Source of the DNA: Takakia lepidozioides
Lineage: Eukaryota > Plantae > Bryophyta
Length of the DNA: 64,000 bases
NCBI GenBank assembly: GCA_030704615.1
Contig: CM060731.1
Coordinates: forward strand, 20,894,001 to 20,958,000
Direction of reading: 5' to 3'
This document shows positions 10,575 through 23,680 of the stretch, one piece after another. Each line of letters opens with the position of its first letter. Position 1 is the first letter of the stretch. The notes under the pieces were generated by a model. That model was not told the DNA's origin, did no database searches, and saw only the letters and a program-made list of their open reading frames with translations. Both the position numbers and the translations under genes were made by a program.

Positions 10575-13500
10575 TCAAGAAGCTGCAGTAGTAATAAGGC
10601 CAGACATGCGGTTAACATCGAAGATCTCAATCCAATAGCCATCAGGATCCTTGACAAATGCCAATCCCTTCATCCTCCCTGCATAAATCCATAGAAGGAA
10701 ACCCATGAGGTTGATGATAGAAAAGCCCCAAAACTAAGGCAAATATTACTCTGGGAAAAACTAAGATTGTCATATAATGAGAGGGGTAAGTCACCCACAG
10801 GATCTATGGTCAAGAGTAAAGCGCCTGTGGGCCAACTTTACCACAGTGAGAACATCATCTCCTTTTGAGACAACCCTGTGGAGGCAGGAGATAGACAGCA
10901 TACAGACTCGACAAGCACTTCATGAGAGGGCAGTCTAGAATATTACCATCATCGGGCTTCTTAGCAAACTCAACCCCAAGTTTCTCAAAACGCTCGCAAG
11001 CCTTGTATGTGTCATCCACAGTAATCCCTATGTGCCCTGCACCATTCACAGATGTACTTCCATATTATAATCTTCGATGTTAAGAATGAGGGGAGGTACC
11101 AGAACCACATGATTGTAAGATGTTTATAACACAATCTGACAAGCTAAAAGGAAGGCCTTCCAAAAATGAAACATACCTTGCACAAGGGGATGAGGACAAA
11201 TGGAATAAATCAATGCTACACTTACTATTCCAAGTAAAAGGAAGTTGAAAATGTGGGGGCACAGGGAAAATGGGGATAAATGGGTGTGTACAGGAAGAAG
11301 AATCAGAAAGTTTGAGGCTACTGCAACCTTAAATTAAGGGCATCTGGGACTGCATGAGAATTTGTCAAGATCTCGTGAGTATGTCCCTGCAGATGGTGGC
11401 TGGGAGGTACTGTTGAGGGTCGAGTCCCGGAGATATACTACCCTCTGAAGCCAGTTATCGGGTTTAACCCCACCAAGATATAGAAGATTCGACAGACAAC
11501 AATCCGTTATATACATAAAAGAGAGGGAGACACACGTGGTAAAGGTAATTCCGGCACAATCCACAAAATTATTGCTTCAAACAAGAGATTGTACTCATAA
11601 GACGTTTGCCGTAGCCTCTTCAAACAAGAGAGAGAGAGAATGAGAGAGAGAGAGAGAATGTACTCATAAGGGGATTGCCATAGCCTGGTGGCCATTGACC
11701 CCACGCTCAGTTTGAGCAGAACACAAAGGGACAGAAATTACCTTTGTCACGGGCTGACACCGGTTGTATGACTTACCTTGGAACAGACAATTGATCCGCG
11801 TTTTCCAGATATCCTCTAGAAATCCCTATACACAAGCATCAGTATGCTGTGTGTGGTTTGCCCAATAACTAGGCCCCAAAAGGGCCTGGGCTTTTGGCTC
11901 AGCCTCGAGACTTTCAAAGTTGGTAAACAGAGGTACAGGCACAATTCCCTTGATGGATATGAAGAGGACATCTCTCTATGAGAGTACCCATGACAATGAG
12001 TCAGAAAGTGAATATTGTCTTCAGGTAGCCCACACAACTGGCATTTGCAATCCCCCTTTCCTCTCTGCTTCTGTTTGCTGTTCAAAGGTAGGCCCCGCCC
12101 TGAGTTTAAATTTCAGTCTAGTGCCGAGGGTGGGTAAACCCTTGAGGTCATCCATGATGGCCTCTCCTATGTCACAGACTGGAAACAAGTTCAGGAAGTT
12201 TCCTGCCTAGCTTCATTTTCATCAGACAATTTCCTGGCAACAGACATGGCTTTGGACACTACAGCCTCTAAGTCAGATTTATCCAGCAGGGTCAAGGCTT
12301 GCGGACTTAGATTCAGATCCTTGTTCTACTCTCTTCCGCCAGGACTTAGCCTATTTGACAGGGCGATCCTGCTTCCAAGATATAGAGTGGATTAACTTGG
12401 GACACCCGAACAGCCACCCCGAACATTGGCTGTTTTGGAGCATGCTGACATGCACTCCTTAACCACCCCCACTTGAATGAATTCTAGAGACTTAGCCTTC
12501 AGAGTTGATCTCTCTGAAGTGGAAAAATTCAGTGAGACCCAACGCTTTGCGCTTGCCAGATTGAACAACTTTTTAAATATGTGCATCCCAATTACAGTTG
12601 GACGAAAACTCTAGGAAGGGAGGACTGGAATCTCTTGGCTTCCCCACTGCCACTTGAGATTGCCTCCTCCCTCCCCTTGGTCCTTGAATGCCACCACTGC
12701 CACCACCATTTACTGAGGTTACCCTCTAGTCCCCAAAGGTTAAAGAATCTCTTTGTGCAATCAATCAACTCCTGAAGATTGGATGGAGTCTCCCCTATGC
12801 CTGCGAAGTCATCCGCAAACATAAGGGCTGGTATGGTGGCATCACCCACCCTTACCCCAAATCCCTCACTTTCCACATCCTCGAGGAGTTGATTGATGAA
12901 AACATTGAAGAGCAGAGGGAAGAGAGAGAGAGAAACATTCACAGAGGACCACAATGCCCATGAGACAAGGTAGAACAACCCAGAAGAGCCGTAGAGGAAT
13001 ACCATAACCACGTGGCTCAGTGTTTCCAGTATGATAGCCTTTGAAACTTGGATCTGATTCTGTTCCCCAGTTACTGCCACCCAGGCAAAAGATAAAATCT
13101 CAAAAGAAAGCTCTTCCAACATTGATGAAAACCATGACTACTTGCCACATAGCTTTTTTATGTTTGCTTGTTTCTACTCAAAACTTTCTTCACTCATTAA
13201 CAACAATACAGACAGGAAGATTTTTGAATCCAAATGCAAGCATTTCTAGAGTACGCATAGGAAGGGAATGCACTCGTTATACACAGCTTGGTGTTGCCTT
13301 GCAGCCATAAAGACCACACTTCATTTCCTCAGGGCACAAAAGGGGCAAGAGGGGGAGGGGCATGAGACAAGTGCAGAATGGAGCTATTACATTGCCAACA
13401 CTTGCTCCATACAAAAGAAAGTACTTGTAAGACGTTGTTTCCCGTAGCCTTGTGGCCATAGACACTCCAGGAGAAAAGAGTGATGGAAGCAAGGACATAG

Positions 13501-15420
13501 AGGGAGGCATATTACTGGGTGAGCTCCAAGGTGGCCTTGCTTTTGAAAGTCCACGCTGTCCGTTCTGCTGGATCTTTGGGTGCCTTTGCAGGGTCCTGGG
13601 TCAACCCCACCCAACCGTGGTACAATCTCCGAAAAAATTGTAGGTTTTGAATTTGTATCCTCATTATCGCATACCACATTCATACGCTATTTACTGTATC
13701 AGGAGGAAGAAACCTTGGTGGATTTGAACTATTTTCAGAGAAATGGTACCCATTATGGAACCTCTTGACATGTATTCTAGCTTCCACAGTGCTGTACCTC
13801 GTAGCCAAGAAAATAGAGGCTGAACTTAGCCTCTGGAAAATCAAGTTTCCTTAGCAGCCTGCATACACAGCAGCACACCTGAGTACCACAGAATGCTTGA
13901 ATTGATATATGTATACAAACACTTAGTCAGTGCCAGATAACCTTCTTTCTCTCACTCCCAAATTGTGACTGAAATATTCAACTGCAGCCATGATGTGCAA
14001 TATCTCAACTCAAAGACAACACCTCCAAATTTTCTGCACTGTCAACTTTAGAGTCAAAGCTGGCTTATTACGTCATGCCCAAAATTCGTGTGTAGAAATC
14101 CAGACTGACCATCGGGTCCTTAATCCGGTACATCTGTCAATTTACAACTTCATACTGTCAGTAACATTCCCAAATACCAAATAACATCTAAACCTCCCTC
14201 AACCATCAATAGACTGTGGAGTATGGTACAAGAGTTGATAATCGACTTACGACCACTCTAGTTCAATGCTGCATGGATAGGCACCACCCTGTCACATATC
14301 TCACACCTTTCAAACAGCAGAGACAGGGGGAGGAGAGACAAAAAGGGCCCTACCGTTTGCTGAACAAAATAACCCTTTGTGACTTCATCCGGCTTCTCAC
14401 AGAGTCCTGGGTTATTGGCTGCCGATTCCTTGCAATCTGTCAATGCCTCTGTCATGGCCCTATAGCCTCTTGCTCCCTATCTCATGCAACCCAAGAACTT
14501 AAATTCAGTGATCAAGCAAACAGGTCTTTGTGAGAAATTTTGAGGAACCAGATCACAGCAATTCATGTAGCCAGCTACCAACCTTGACTAATTTTGGTTA
14601 ACCAGCTCCCAACCTTCCTAGAGTATAATAGCGGTGTCTGGCTGGCTTTGATAGACTCCTCCAATTTGGGTGTCATTATCGACTCACCTTCAGTAGATAA
14701 CAGTTGCTCGAAAGTCCACATCTGTGTGACTGTTTAACCCTCATTATGATGTGCTTGCTGAAACCATACTGGATGAGAATTCGCCCCAGTATGCACTTGG
14801 ACTGTCTCAATCTCTATGTCTGTCTCTCCTCTATACCTTTGTATGCATCCCTCCAATGTGGAAGGATGCTTGAGGTAATTTAGGAGAGTCTGGGAGGTCA
14901 ATGCCTTGTCCAGTATCCCTTTCGTGGACGTTTTTTTTTCTTCTCTCGCTTCTCCACTTCCCACTTTCCTTACAAATCCCTCTTGGAAGTAATACTCTGC
15001 GTGTGTAATTATCATGCCAGCTTAGGCCTGCGATTTGACGAATTCCTTGTATATCATTGTACATGCATGCATCCTAAGCCACACTCAGCAGTATCCTCAA
15101 GCCTCCACAAGCATTATAAGAGGATGACAGCCGCACACAATATCAGTGCTCATCGACCCACTTATAGCATTCACACTCTGAGCCAAAATCCACATCCCAC
15201 TACACAAATCATGGAGGGAACTCTAGACTTCACATTGATTTTCAGCTGCCTTGGAGATTGCTCCATAAGAAAGCATCGGAAGCCCTTCCCAGACTGAAGA
15301 AACAATGAATTCACACAAGAGACAAGCGACCTCGCCCGCCATTCAGCTAGCCGCAAAGATAAGCTAGCTGGAGAGAACACAGGAAATGCGGCGCGCGAAC
15401 CTGCTACTGCCAAAATGGTT

Positions 15421-15425
<5 letters not shown>
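10575..15425 (-). CDS. GLX1: Lactoylglutathione lyase (glyoxalase I, single-domain Zn-type) with N-terminal transit-peptide-like extension
   Basis: Exons encode [18 protein letters not shown] / [20 protein letters not shown] / [20 protein letters not shown] / ATLELTH / [24 protein letters not shown] / [30 protein letters not shown] / [20 protein letters not shown]; TGA at 10575-10577. The upstream exons from ATG 15425 are less certain. Confidence 0.93.
11589..11617 (-). mobile_element. 29-bp 3' tip of the LINE family with 14-bp TSD
   Basis: AGGCTACGGCAAACGTCTTATGAGTACAA (minus) flanked by direct repeat CTTCAAACAAGAGA at 11575-11588 and 11618-11631. Confidence 0.8.
11659..12920 (-). mobile_element. 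5'-truncated LINE (RT C-terminal half + CCHC knuckle + 3'UTR) in a GLX1 intron
   Basis: [15 protein letters not shown]...[21 protein letters not shown] (RT motifs) and [17 protein letters not shown]; 3' end ...TTATGAGTACA; TSD AGAGAGAGAGAGAA at 11645-11658 and 12921-12934. Confidence 0.9.
13419..13464 (-). mobile_element. Short 3' fragment of the same LINE family
   Basis: GTCTATGGCCACAAGGCTACGGGAAACAACGTCTTACAAGTAC (minus) with degenerate TSD CTCCATACAAAAGA / CTCCAGGAGAAAAGA. Confidence 0.7.
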
Positions 15426-15451
<26 letters not shown>

Positions 15452-17669
15452 AGCTAGTGCGAAACAGAAGTTGAACCTCGAGGTGCAGTAAGTGGGTGTT
15501 TCTATCAAAGGTTACACTTGGCAAGTGTGAGAGAGCTGTCCACAATGCACACTAAGCTCCTAGGATACCCTCTGATTTCCGTCTTCGCTCACAAGTCCAG
15601 CCTCGTGTGCCTTACCTCGCGACAGACCCACCGGTCGTCTACTAAATAGAAATCGAATCCACCTCAACCTCAAGCGCCTCTAAACAATCCACCTCAACAC
15701 AGGCCTCCGCAAACCCTGCGCACGCTCTCTCATATTCAGAGGTCCTGGCCTAACTTGCAAAACTCCGCAGAGGTCGTCCAGAAATCGGACCTAACAAAAT
15801 AGAACCCGGCTATGGCGTGTGGAAGAGGAGCTGAAGAGCTTCGTGCACAGTCCAGAGAGATCAGAGGGATCACTTGGGGATCTATCGAAATGCAGCCCCT
15901 CTTCAGAAACCTCACTTGGCATTCATTCACTGGCCCTTCTTGCTGTCCAAGTGCGTCTGAGTTCAAATCCTAACTTTCACATTGTTTCCTTGGAAGTAGG
16001 TACTTCTAGAGTCTCAAATTGAAGTGCCTGTGAAGCCACATTTTGTGCCTGGATGAGGTTCTCCTTTCCCGGTCCCAATATGGATGTGGCTTAATTTTAT
16101 CGCAAGCGTGTGAGCTGAGGGGTACGGCCCGCGAGGTACAGCCGGGGAACCCGCTCCGGCAGCCTCATCGGCGAGCTGGACGCCCCATGTCAAATCATCC
16201 CCTCCGACCCCTCCGCCCGTTGCCCCGCCCCCGCCCACCCACTGCTCCCCGCGCCCGCCCGCCCGGGACCCCTGACCCCGCCCCACCACTGGCCACGCGG
16301 CGCCCGCCCGATCTCCAGCCACGTGGCGGCCCCCGTTGTGGATCCCCTCACTGGGTTGATCCCCCTTCCAGTGCCGGAGTGATCCCCCACCCCCATATCC
16401 AGCCACGTGGCGCTACCCCTAACCGTCGATCCCCTCCCCATCCATCCAACCTCAATTGAATGGATGATGGCCGGATGAAGGCCCCATGACGCGCCCATCG
16501 CCACATGGCACTTCCGCCGCCGTCGATCCCCTCCTCCCATCCACGGCGCGCTCCCCCCAGACGTCGCCGCTCCCCCCGACGCGCCTTGATCCCCCTTCCG
16601 AACCGGGAGTGATCCCCCAACCCTAATCGCCCGCCACGTGCGGATCCCCCGGACCGTCGATCCCCTGCGCATCCATCCGACCTCACAAACAATGGATGTT
16701 GTGTGTCATCCACCCCTCATCCCCCCGCCATCGATCCCCTCTTCCCATCGACGGCCCCATCCCCCGAACGACACGTCGCCACCCCCCCTCCGTTGATCCC
16801 CGTCCAATGCGGTGATTGATCCCCCTCCACCCATCGGACGGCACGTGGCGCTCCCCCCGCCGCCGATCCCCTCTTCCCATCCACGGCGCAATCCCCCGAC
16901 ACGTCGCCGCTCCCCCGACCTGGCTTGATCCCCACTCCGGACCCGCAGTGATCCCCCACCCCTAATCGCCCGCCACGTGCTGCTCCCCCGAACCGTCGAT
17001 CCCCTGCTCATCCATCCAACCTCAAAACAATGGGTCATCCGCCCCTCACCCCCTGCCAACCTCCCGCGCAGTGGATGGACGACGGCCGGATCCATCCAAC
17101 CTCAAAACTGGGTCATCCGCGGTCCCCCGGCATTTGATCCCGTCCTCCCATCCACGTGGCCATCCCCCGGGCTGCGACCCCCCGCCTTGGTCGATCCCCC
17201 GTCCAAACCCGGAATTGATCCCCCTCTCGTCTTCTACCACCACGTGGCGGTCTCCGTAGCCGTCGATCCCTTCGTCCCATCCAAGACCCGATCGCCCGAG
17301 CCACCGCTCCCCCTGCCTCTGGTTGATCCCCCGCCGCCGCCATGCCGCATGTCTTCCCACCCTTGACCCCCCCCCCCCCCCCTCCCCGCGGAGCGATCCC
17401 CCTTCCACGTGTCAAATGTCAAGGCTGTTTGCACGTGGCTATCATTCTGTTCATCTATGTCGTCCTCCCCCATCCACCGGCCATGCATGTCCCCCACCAT
17501 TTTGGTCTGTGAGATGAACGGAGTGGATGTATTGAAATTTAGGGTTTCCGGCTGCTCGCAAATTTGATCCTCTTTGCGCACGTGTATGCTGCACTTGCGC
17601 GTGTAGTTTGCTGCTGTGTACTGTTACTGCAAGACGCGTGTGGCCTGCGGATATGTACTGTTCCTGCAG

Positions 17670-20583
17670 GGGTGCCGAGCATCATGACTGGATCTTCGGA
17701 GTTGCGCACGTCATTCCTTCTATTACAGCTGCGTGGCACATTGCAAATCCCCCCGGATGGTTCCTTCAACCACAGGTCGCTTATACGGTGTCTAAAAAGG
17801 GAAAGCATGAGGAGGGCGAGCTCTTAGCTCCAAGGGCCAATAGTTGCTCTCTTGTCATAAAGTCCGTCTTCCTCTACGTATTCTTTGTAATGGCATGCTG
17901 CTTGTCTGCATTGTTTGCTCTTCTATTTTGTCAAAATGCTATGCTCTCTTGCTCCGAATATTCCACTCCGCCGACATAGTTCTCATCATTGTTCAGGTTC
18001 CATTGTTCTTATGGACCTGAGGACAAATGCACAAATGCAATATCTGTCAATAAACATTCTTTGAAGAGAAGGAACGGCAAGAGAGGGTGTGTGTTGGATG
18101 CTTCATCGCCTTCTTACAACAACCACAAAGGGCCGAGACGGAAGAAAGTCGTTCAAGGAGAGTCCATCAAGAGGGGTTGCCTCTGTCAGTTTAGGATTGG
18201 ACGATGCTACCTGGATCCTTCTCTTGCTGTCATAACATACTACAACAAAAACCATGTTGATGGATGTGACAAGGTCTGCCATGGCCACATTGACCCGACT
18301 TCAAGTAACACCCGTTTCGTGCACGCACCTCACCTTAGTGAAGAGGTTAAGATTTGGATAACGGATAGCATACGTGTTGAGTTGTCGCCTGCTGAAATCA
18401 TGGCCTAACATGAACAACAGGTATTTGACAGCAAGGTCAATGGAGAGAAGTGGTGTCGTGATGATGTTGTGCTTGAACATGACATTAGAAACATCATGGA
18501 CAACCTTGCATGTGAGACTTTCAAGCGACATAAGGACGAGGGGACCAATCTGAAGATGTGGAAGGAGGCCCCAGCCCCAGAGTGTTCTCTTCTATCAAGA
18601 GGGCACGCCCGATGCCCCTGCTGGAGGAACATGACGCGGCAATGTCGACCTCAAATTTGCCATTGGCATTCAAACAGAATTTCAGAAAAAAACAATGCTC
18701 CAAATGGGTGACAAACATATCGTCTCTTGTGATGAACACAAGGTGTGTGGAATCGACGGCGTGGACTCCTGGGAGCATGAGAGCATAGCATCTTTCACTG
18801 TGAAGGGGATCATTGGGGAGCAGGGGATCAGTGGAGAGCAGGGGCACAGGGGGACCATAGCCTTATCCGATGTGCAGGGGATCACGACATTGGGTCATCA
18901 CCAGTGACCTAATAATCCCCCTCTCAGATTCGACACCACAGCTGCCTCAGCCCATTAGGGGACTAGACACATAGGCCAAACTCCATTATGTATACTGCTT
19001 TGTATATGTTGGGACCATTTTGGGACCATGACGTGTACTTGTGTGATTCGTAGTGAGGGGTGCACAGGCAGCAGGGAAGACAGCTTAGCAAATGCATGCC
19101 TTGGGGGGTTATAGAGAGGAATGATGGAGGGATGGTCTGCTTCCAGGGGATCATGGCATAGCCCACAGGGGGAAGCACATAATACTAAAATGAGAACAGA
19201 AGGGGTTGCAGGGTTCGGGGTTCACCTCCTGTGATTTCTTGTCATTAATTTCAGTAAAATGTTTCGCCTATTTTCAAAACAAAAGTACTTACATTGCACA
19301 TTTTCGTCTTTGTGTGCAGTATGGCGCCATGTATACTCTTATGGTCTTCGACATTTGGTTGAACGGCATCCCTGTTGCATACATAATATCTTCAAGAAAC
19401 AATGCCAACGATTTGTCAAGTTGGATGTTGGTTCTTCGTCAAAAGCTCCAGGCCGATCAGCCGGATTGGCGTCCCAACGCATTTATTGTGGACGATGTCG
19501 ATGCTGAGATTAACGCCATTCGGTTTGTTCTCAATCCCTCCCCCCTACCAATGAACTTCCATTGCCTTGCCTGCTTCTGCATGAGGGGAGCACTGAGAGG
19601 GGAACAGTCACAATGTTTCCTGCCGGGGGATCCGTGTAGAGGGGACCAAGAGTGTAGGGTTGCATGGGGGATCAGTGAAAGGGGATCGATTATGGGATCA
19701 GGGATCAGGGGACCAGGGGAGGGTAGCAGGGGATCAGGAGCAGCAGATCTCACATCCGACAATGATCGAGGGTCCAGGAGTCCAAGGTTGCATGGGGGGA
19801 TCAGTGAAAGGGGATCAATTTTGGGATCAGTGATCAGGGACTTCGGACACTCAGGGTACCGGGGGATCAGGACCAGCACATGTTTGATCCGACAATGTGA
19901 TTTTTATCGGTCTTTCATTGGCCATAGGAGGGCTCATGTATTCCCCTTTCATTGCCTTCACTGGATCTGCATGAGGGGTTTCAGTCAAAGGGGATCAGGG
20001 GATCACAAGCAGAGAGCACTTATCAGAGATTCATACTTGTATCTGATTTTTTGGTGGTCCTGTTGTGGTGTTGTAGTGGCCTTGCTAATGCCGTTTTGTG
20101 GATGGTTCAGGCATACGTTCCCAGGGGTGTCGGTTTTCCTGTGCCTTTGGCATGTTCGAAGGGCTTGGCTGAGGAATGCCATCGAGAAGATCAAGGATGC
20201 CCAGTTAAGGGCCGATGTAGGGTGACATCATGTACAATAAAGGTGGTCCCATTGGTGACTCTTCGCAGGCCTGGGTTGTATTTAGATTGTATGAGTTACA
20301 AGCAAAGTATCCCGCAGCTAAACTGTTCTTCTTGTATATCCACAAATGGTGGATCCCGAAAGTGGACATGTGGGTTGTTGGAGCTCGAAATATCCCACAC
20401 GGACAAGATACGAATGCTGGAATTGAAGCGTACCATGCGAACCTGAAGAGGCACTTGTCCCAAACAAGACAGAAAATGGACAGGCGTCGACTGGATTGGT
20501 GGGTCTACATCCTAACAGGTAGCATCATCACACATTACTGGTACATTTCGACCTTGAAAGCGGAAGGGTTCATTTGCAACTAG
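17670..20583 (+). pseudogene. MULE DDE transposase pseudogene (At1g60560/At4g13970-like family), truncated before the SWIM finger
   Basis: FHCSYGPED..SIKRGCLCQF..HVDGCDKVCHG; FAIGIQTEFQ..IVSCD (D1); YTLMVFD..GIPVAYIIS..AFIVDD (D2); FLCLWHVRRAW (CxxH); DTNAGIEAYHANLK (E); RRLDWWVYIL. In-frame stop at 18406-18408, frameshifts and deletions. Confidence 0.88.
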
Positions 20584-21140
20584 CATGCGAGAGAGCAGAC
20601 AGATGTGGGGAAGAAGAGTGGAAGTCAGGGGCAGACAGAGGAGGACTAGGGTCACACACGGATGCATGCTTCATAGAAGACAGATCTGGGGGAGCAGACA
20701 AAAAATCGGGAGTACAGGTGGGGGCTGCCAGGGGTAAAGGGAGATCAGAAAGGGAGGGAGCAGTACTGACACACACTAAAGCAATACCAGATGAGAGGGG
20801 AGCACAAAAAGAAAATTCATGCGAGGAGGGAGATGAGTCCGATGGGATAGCATGAGGTGAGACGAGGATAGCCACCTCTGGGGGAGCAGATAATGGAAGA
20901 AGAGCAGAGGCGGGAGGATCGCATGGTTGGGCAGTAAGGGCGGTAGACACAGAGGGGGCCGGGTGGAGAGAAAGATATCACCTGATGCGGGATCACATAT
21001 TTGAAGGGGAGCAGCGGCGGGGGGCAGCAGAGACAGAGAGGGTAGCGGAGAGAGCTCCTTGGGATGGATCAGAGATAGGAAGGGGAAAAGAAGGGGGGCA
21101 GCAAAGACAGAGAGGGCAGCAGAGTATTCCCTTGGGGAGT

Positions 21141-23680
21141 CTAAAAGAAGACTGTGAAGCAGAATAGTATGAGAGGGGATGGGATTGACATCAACTTCCG
21201 TGCGTAGAAACCTGCCGTCGGAGATTCCACTTGAAAAGTCTTTGTATGAGGCGCTTGAAGGTCTTCAACCTGTGAGGGTGTTGGCGACGCCATCTGCGAT
21301 GCATGGTGGGACAACTGCGATGAATTGAAGGCGTCCACATCGATGTGGGAAAGGTGAGGGGCATATGGTGACACTCGTCGGTCGTATAGTTCATGTCTTC
21401 TCGCCAACAACACCTTGTTTGCTCGTAAGACCTCCTCCATGGCATTTTGAACTCCAACATCAGCTGCCTCAGCCTCACCTATCACAGAGACAAGCGCTTG
21501 TGTCTTAGCTTTGACCCCCGTGATCCCCCGATCCCCAACTGTAAAGTCTGCTCCCCCATTTATCTATTCCAATTCTGATCTTCACAATGACAGACTGTTG
21601 GAGAGGCAAAGCATGCACTTACTCAAAAGATGCACGTAGCGTCCCAAATCAATGTGCTCCCGCCTAAACAATAGATCCTCCCAGGCCTTGGCTGCACGTC
21701 GTATCCCTTTGGCATCGTTGCCCTTGCACCACAAAACTTGGAAGTGGGCGGTTTCCATTGCTACAAATTCATGAAATGCTCGGGCACGCACCATGCAAAG
21801 AAATGCTCGGCAGGAGTCGACAATCTGCATTTTGTCCTGCATTGTACCATATCTAAGCTGACCCTCTGCCAGGAGCACTTCTTTCAATATAGTCTCCTGA
21901 TTCTGAAAATTCCCAAACGTCCGCCAACCTCCATGCAAAAAGAGTCCAAATCCATGGTAGGGCAGTTTGTGAGCAGTCTGCGGTGTAAAAAGCATCATGA
22001 TATGACTGGGGCAGATGCCGTGCCTTAAATTGGCCAAAGGATATAAGTGTGAAACAGGGGGTCGAGGGTCCATGGTAGAAAAAACTTGGAGGGGAAGAGG
22101 GACCGGAGGCAGTCGGGTTGGACATTGACGTTTCAGCCAGGAGACAATGGCATCAGATCCCTTGGCAGTTCTTAGGAGAGTGAAGCAAACGTCGAATGTC
22201 CTGCTCCTCCAGCAATAGTTCAACAATATCAAACTGGGGATCTAGACATGAGGGGGGAGCAGAAGAGGAGGGAGTAGCAGAGGGAGGAGTAGACGTGAAA
22301 GGAGCCGAGGGAGTAGAAGAGAGGGGAGCAAAGCAAGGGGGACATGAGGTGGGGGGAGCAGACCTGTTTGCAGCAGAGTTGGGGGGGGCAGGAGTAGACA
22401 GGGGGAGCAGAGACATGCATGATAGGGGGAACAACATTCACCAGAAAGGAGGGTGTTACGAATGGAGTACTCTTCTTTCCCACAAGGTAGCTCTCAAAAT
22501 CTTCCAACTCCAGCCCAATGGATAGAGCACAGGGAACGCCGTCTTTGCAGGTGCTCCATGCCCGCACTGATTTCCGCACAACCTCAATTTCTCCCACGGA
22601 AGCATTGATCTGCAAGCAAAACTGCAACACAAAATCAGCTTTTACAAACCGGGGGCAATTCTGGGAAAATATTGTGAGGTGCAGATGGCCATAAACTGAA
22701 AAGGAGATTGGGGGGTAAAGCAAACCTGTTCTTGTAGAAGCCATCTTCTCCAGCGGCGTTCAGCCCTCTCCACTTGCATTGCAAACCCTCCACTCCATGC
22801 GAAATTCACAAATGCATCCCAGAATCTTTCATCATTCTGGTCAGCAAAATTTGAAGGGAGAAGTCCATGTTGCAGGAGTATAAATGTTCCAGGAGGAGTG
22901 ATCGGGTGCGGTGTGTTGTGGTTGATGTCCATGGCCCCATCCCCTACAGGAGGCCTCGAGCTGGCAGACTGCTCCCCCTCGTCCTGATGAGTAGTCTGCT
23001 CCTCCACATGTCCGTGTCTTGGCTGTTTTCCGGACTGGCCCCCCTGACTTTGAGACCGTTCCTCCCCATGTCCGATCCCTCCCATTTCTGTTGTTGGCTA
23101 CTCACGGCTGTAGGGATACTTTTTCTTTGGTTTTCTACTCCAAGTGACAGCGAGTTCAGGCTGCACTTTGGCTTGTCTCTCACGGGCGGAGGGTAAAGTA
23201 GTAATAATCTTTACTTTTTTTGCCCCCTTCTTTGGTTTGGTGCGTTCAAAATCGGTGTCGGACCCACTACGGCTAGTCCTCTTCGCAGGGCAACCACTTG
23301 TGAAGGTGCAGGCGCATCAGGCTTCCATTTTCTCGCCCCTTTGGGCTGCTGCTGCCGATTAGTAGGGGACACGTTGTCTCCTGGTACGCGCCGCGCTTCG
23401 GGGTTTGTACACCCTCTCATCCTCTCCACAAAATGAGTAACCTGCTTTGGAACTCGGCAGCGAGATAGGGTTTTAGTGGCAACTCAACCTCGTCCCAACC
23501 ATCCACCATGTTCAACCAAGGACAACCCTCTCCATCAATGACATGCCTATTCAACCTAACCTTATCCTTCATGGGCCGCCCACAAAACTTGCACTTATAG
23601 GGATTCTTTTGTTTCGCGCCATCACGATCTTTGAGGTCCACCTCTGCCTCTACTATCATCTCCTCCCACTCAGTTGGCAT
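21141..23680 (-). pseudogene. Accessory gene of the MULE: N-terminal C2HC/C2H2 (BED-like) zinc finger plus unknown domain, spliced and frameshifted
   Basis: ATG 23680 directly inside the right TIR; YKCKFCGRPMKDKVRLNRHVIDGEGC. Further minus-strand coding blocks (FWDAFVNFAWSGGF.., INASVGEIEVV.., 216-aa block 21582-22232, 21141-21485) are separated by GGGGAGCA-rich intron-like tracts. Confidence 0.6.

Noticed and set aside
12592-13122. 176-aa ORF as a standalone membrane protein gene
   Set aside because: Chimera of an out-of-frame GLX1 exon/intron and the LINE RT fragment joined at the (CT)n TSD.
16014-17581. Many overlapping Gly/Arg/Pro-rich ORFs (also 23631-24829)
   Set aside because: By-products of GC-rich TIR repeats; open in several frames on both strands, with no domain motifs.
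19206-20225. 339-aa ORF as a single exon
   Set aside because: The middle part reads through a GGGATC-rich intron; only the flanking parts carry transposase motifs.
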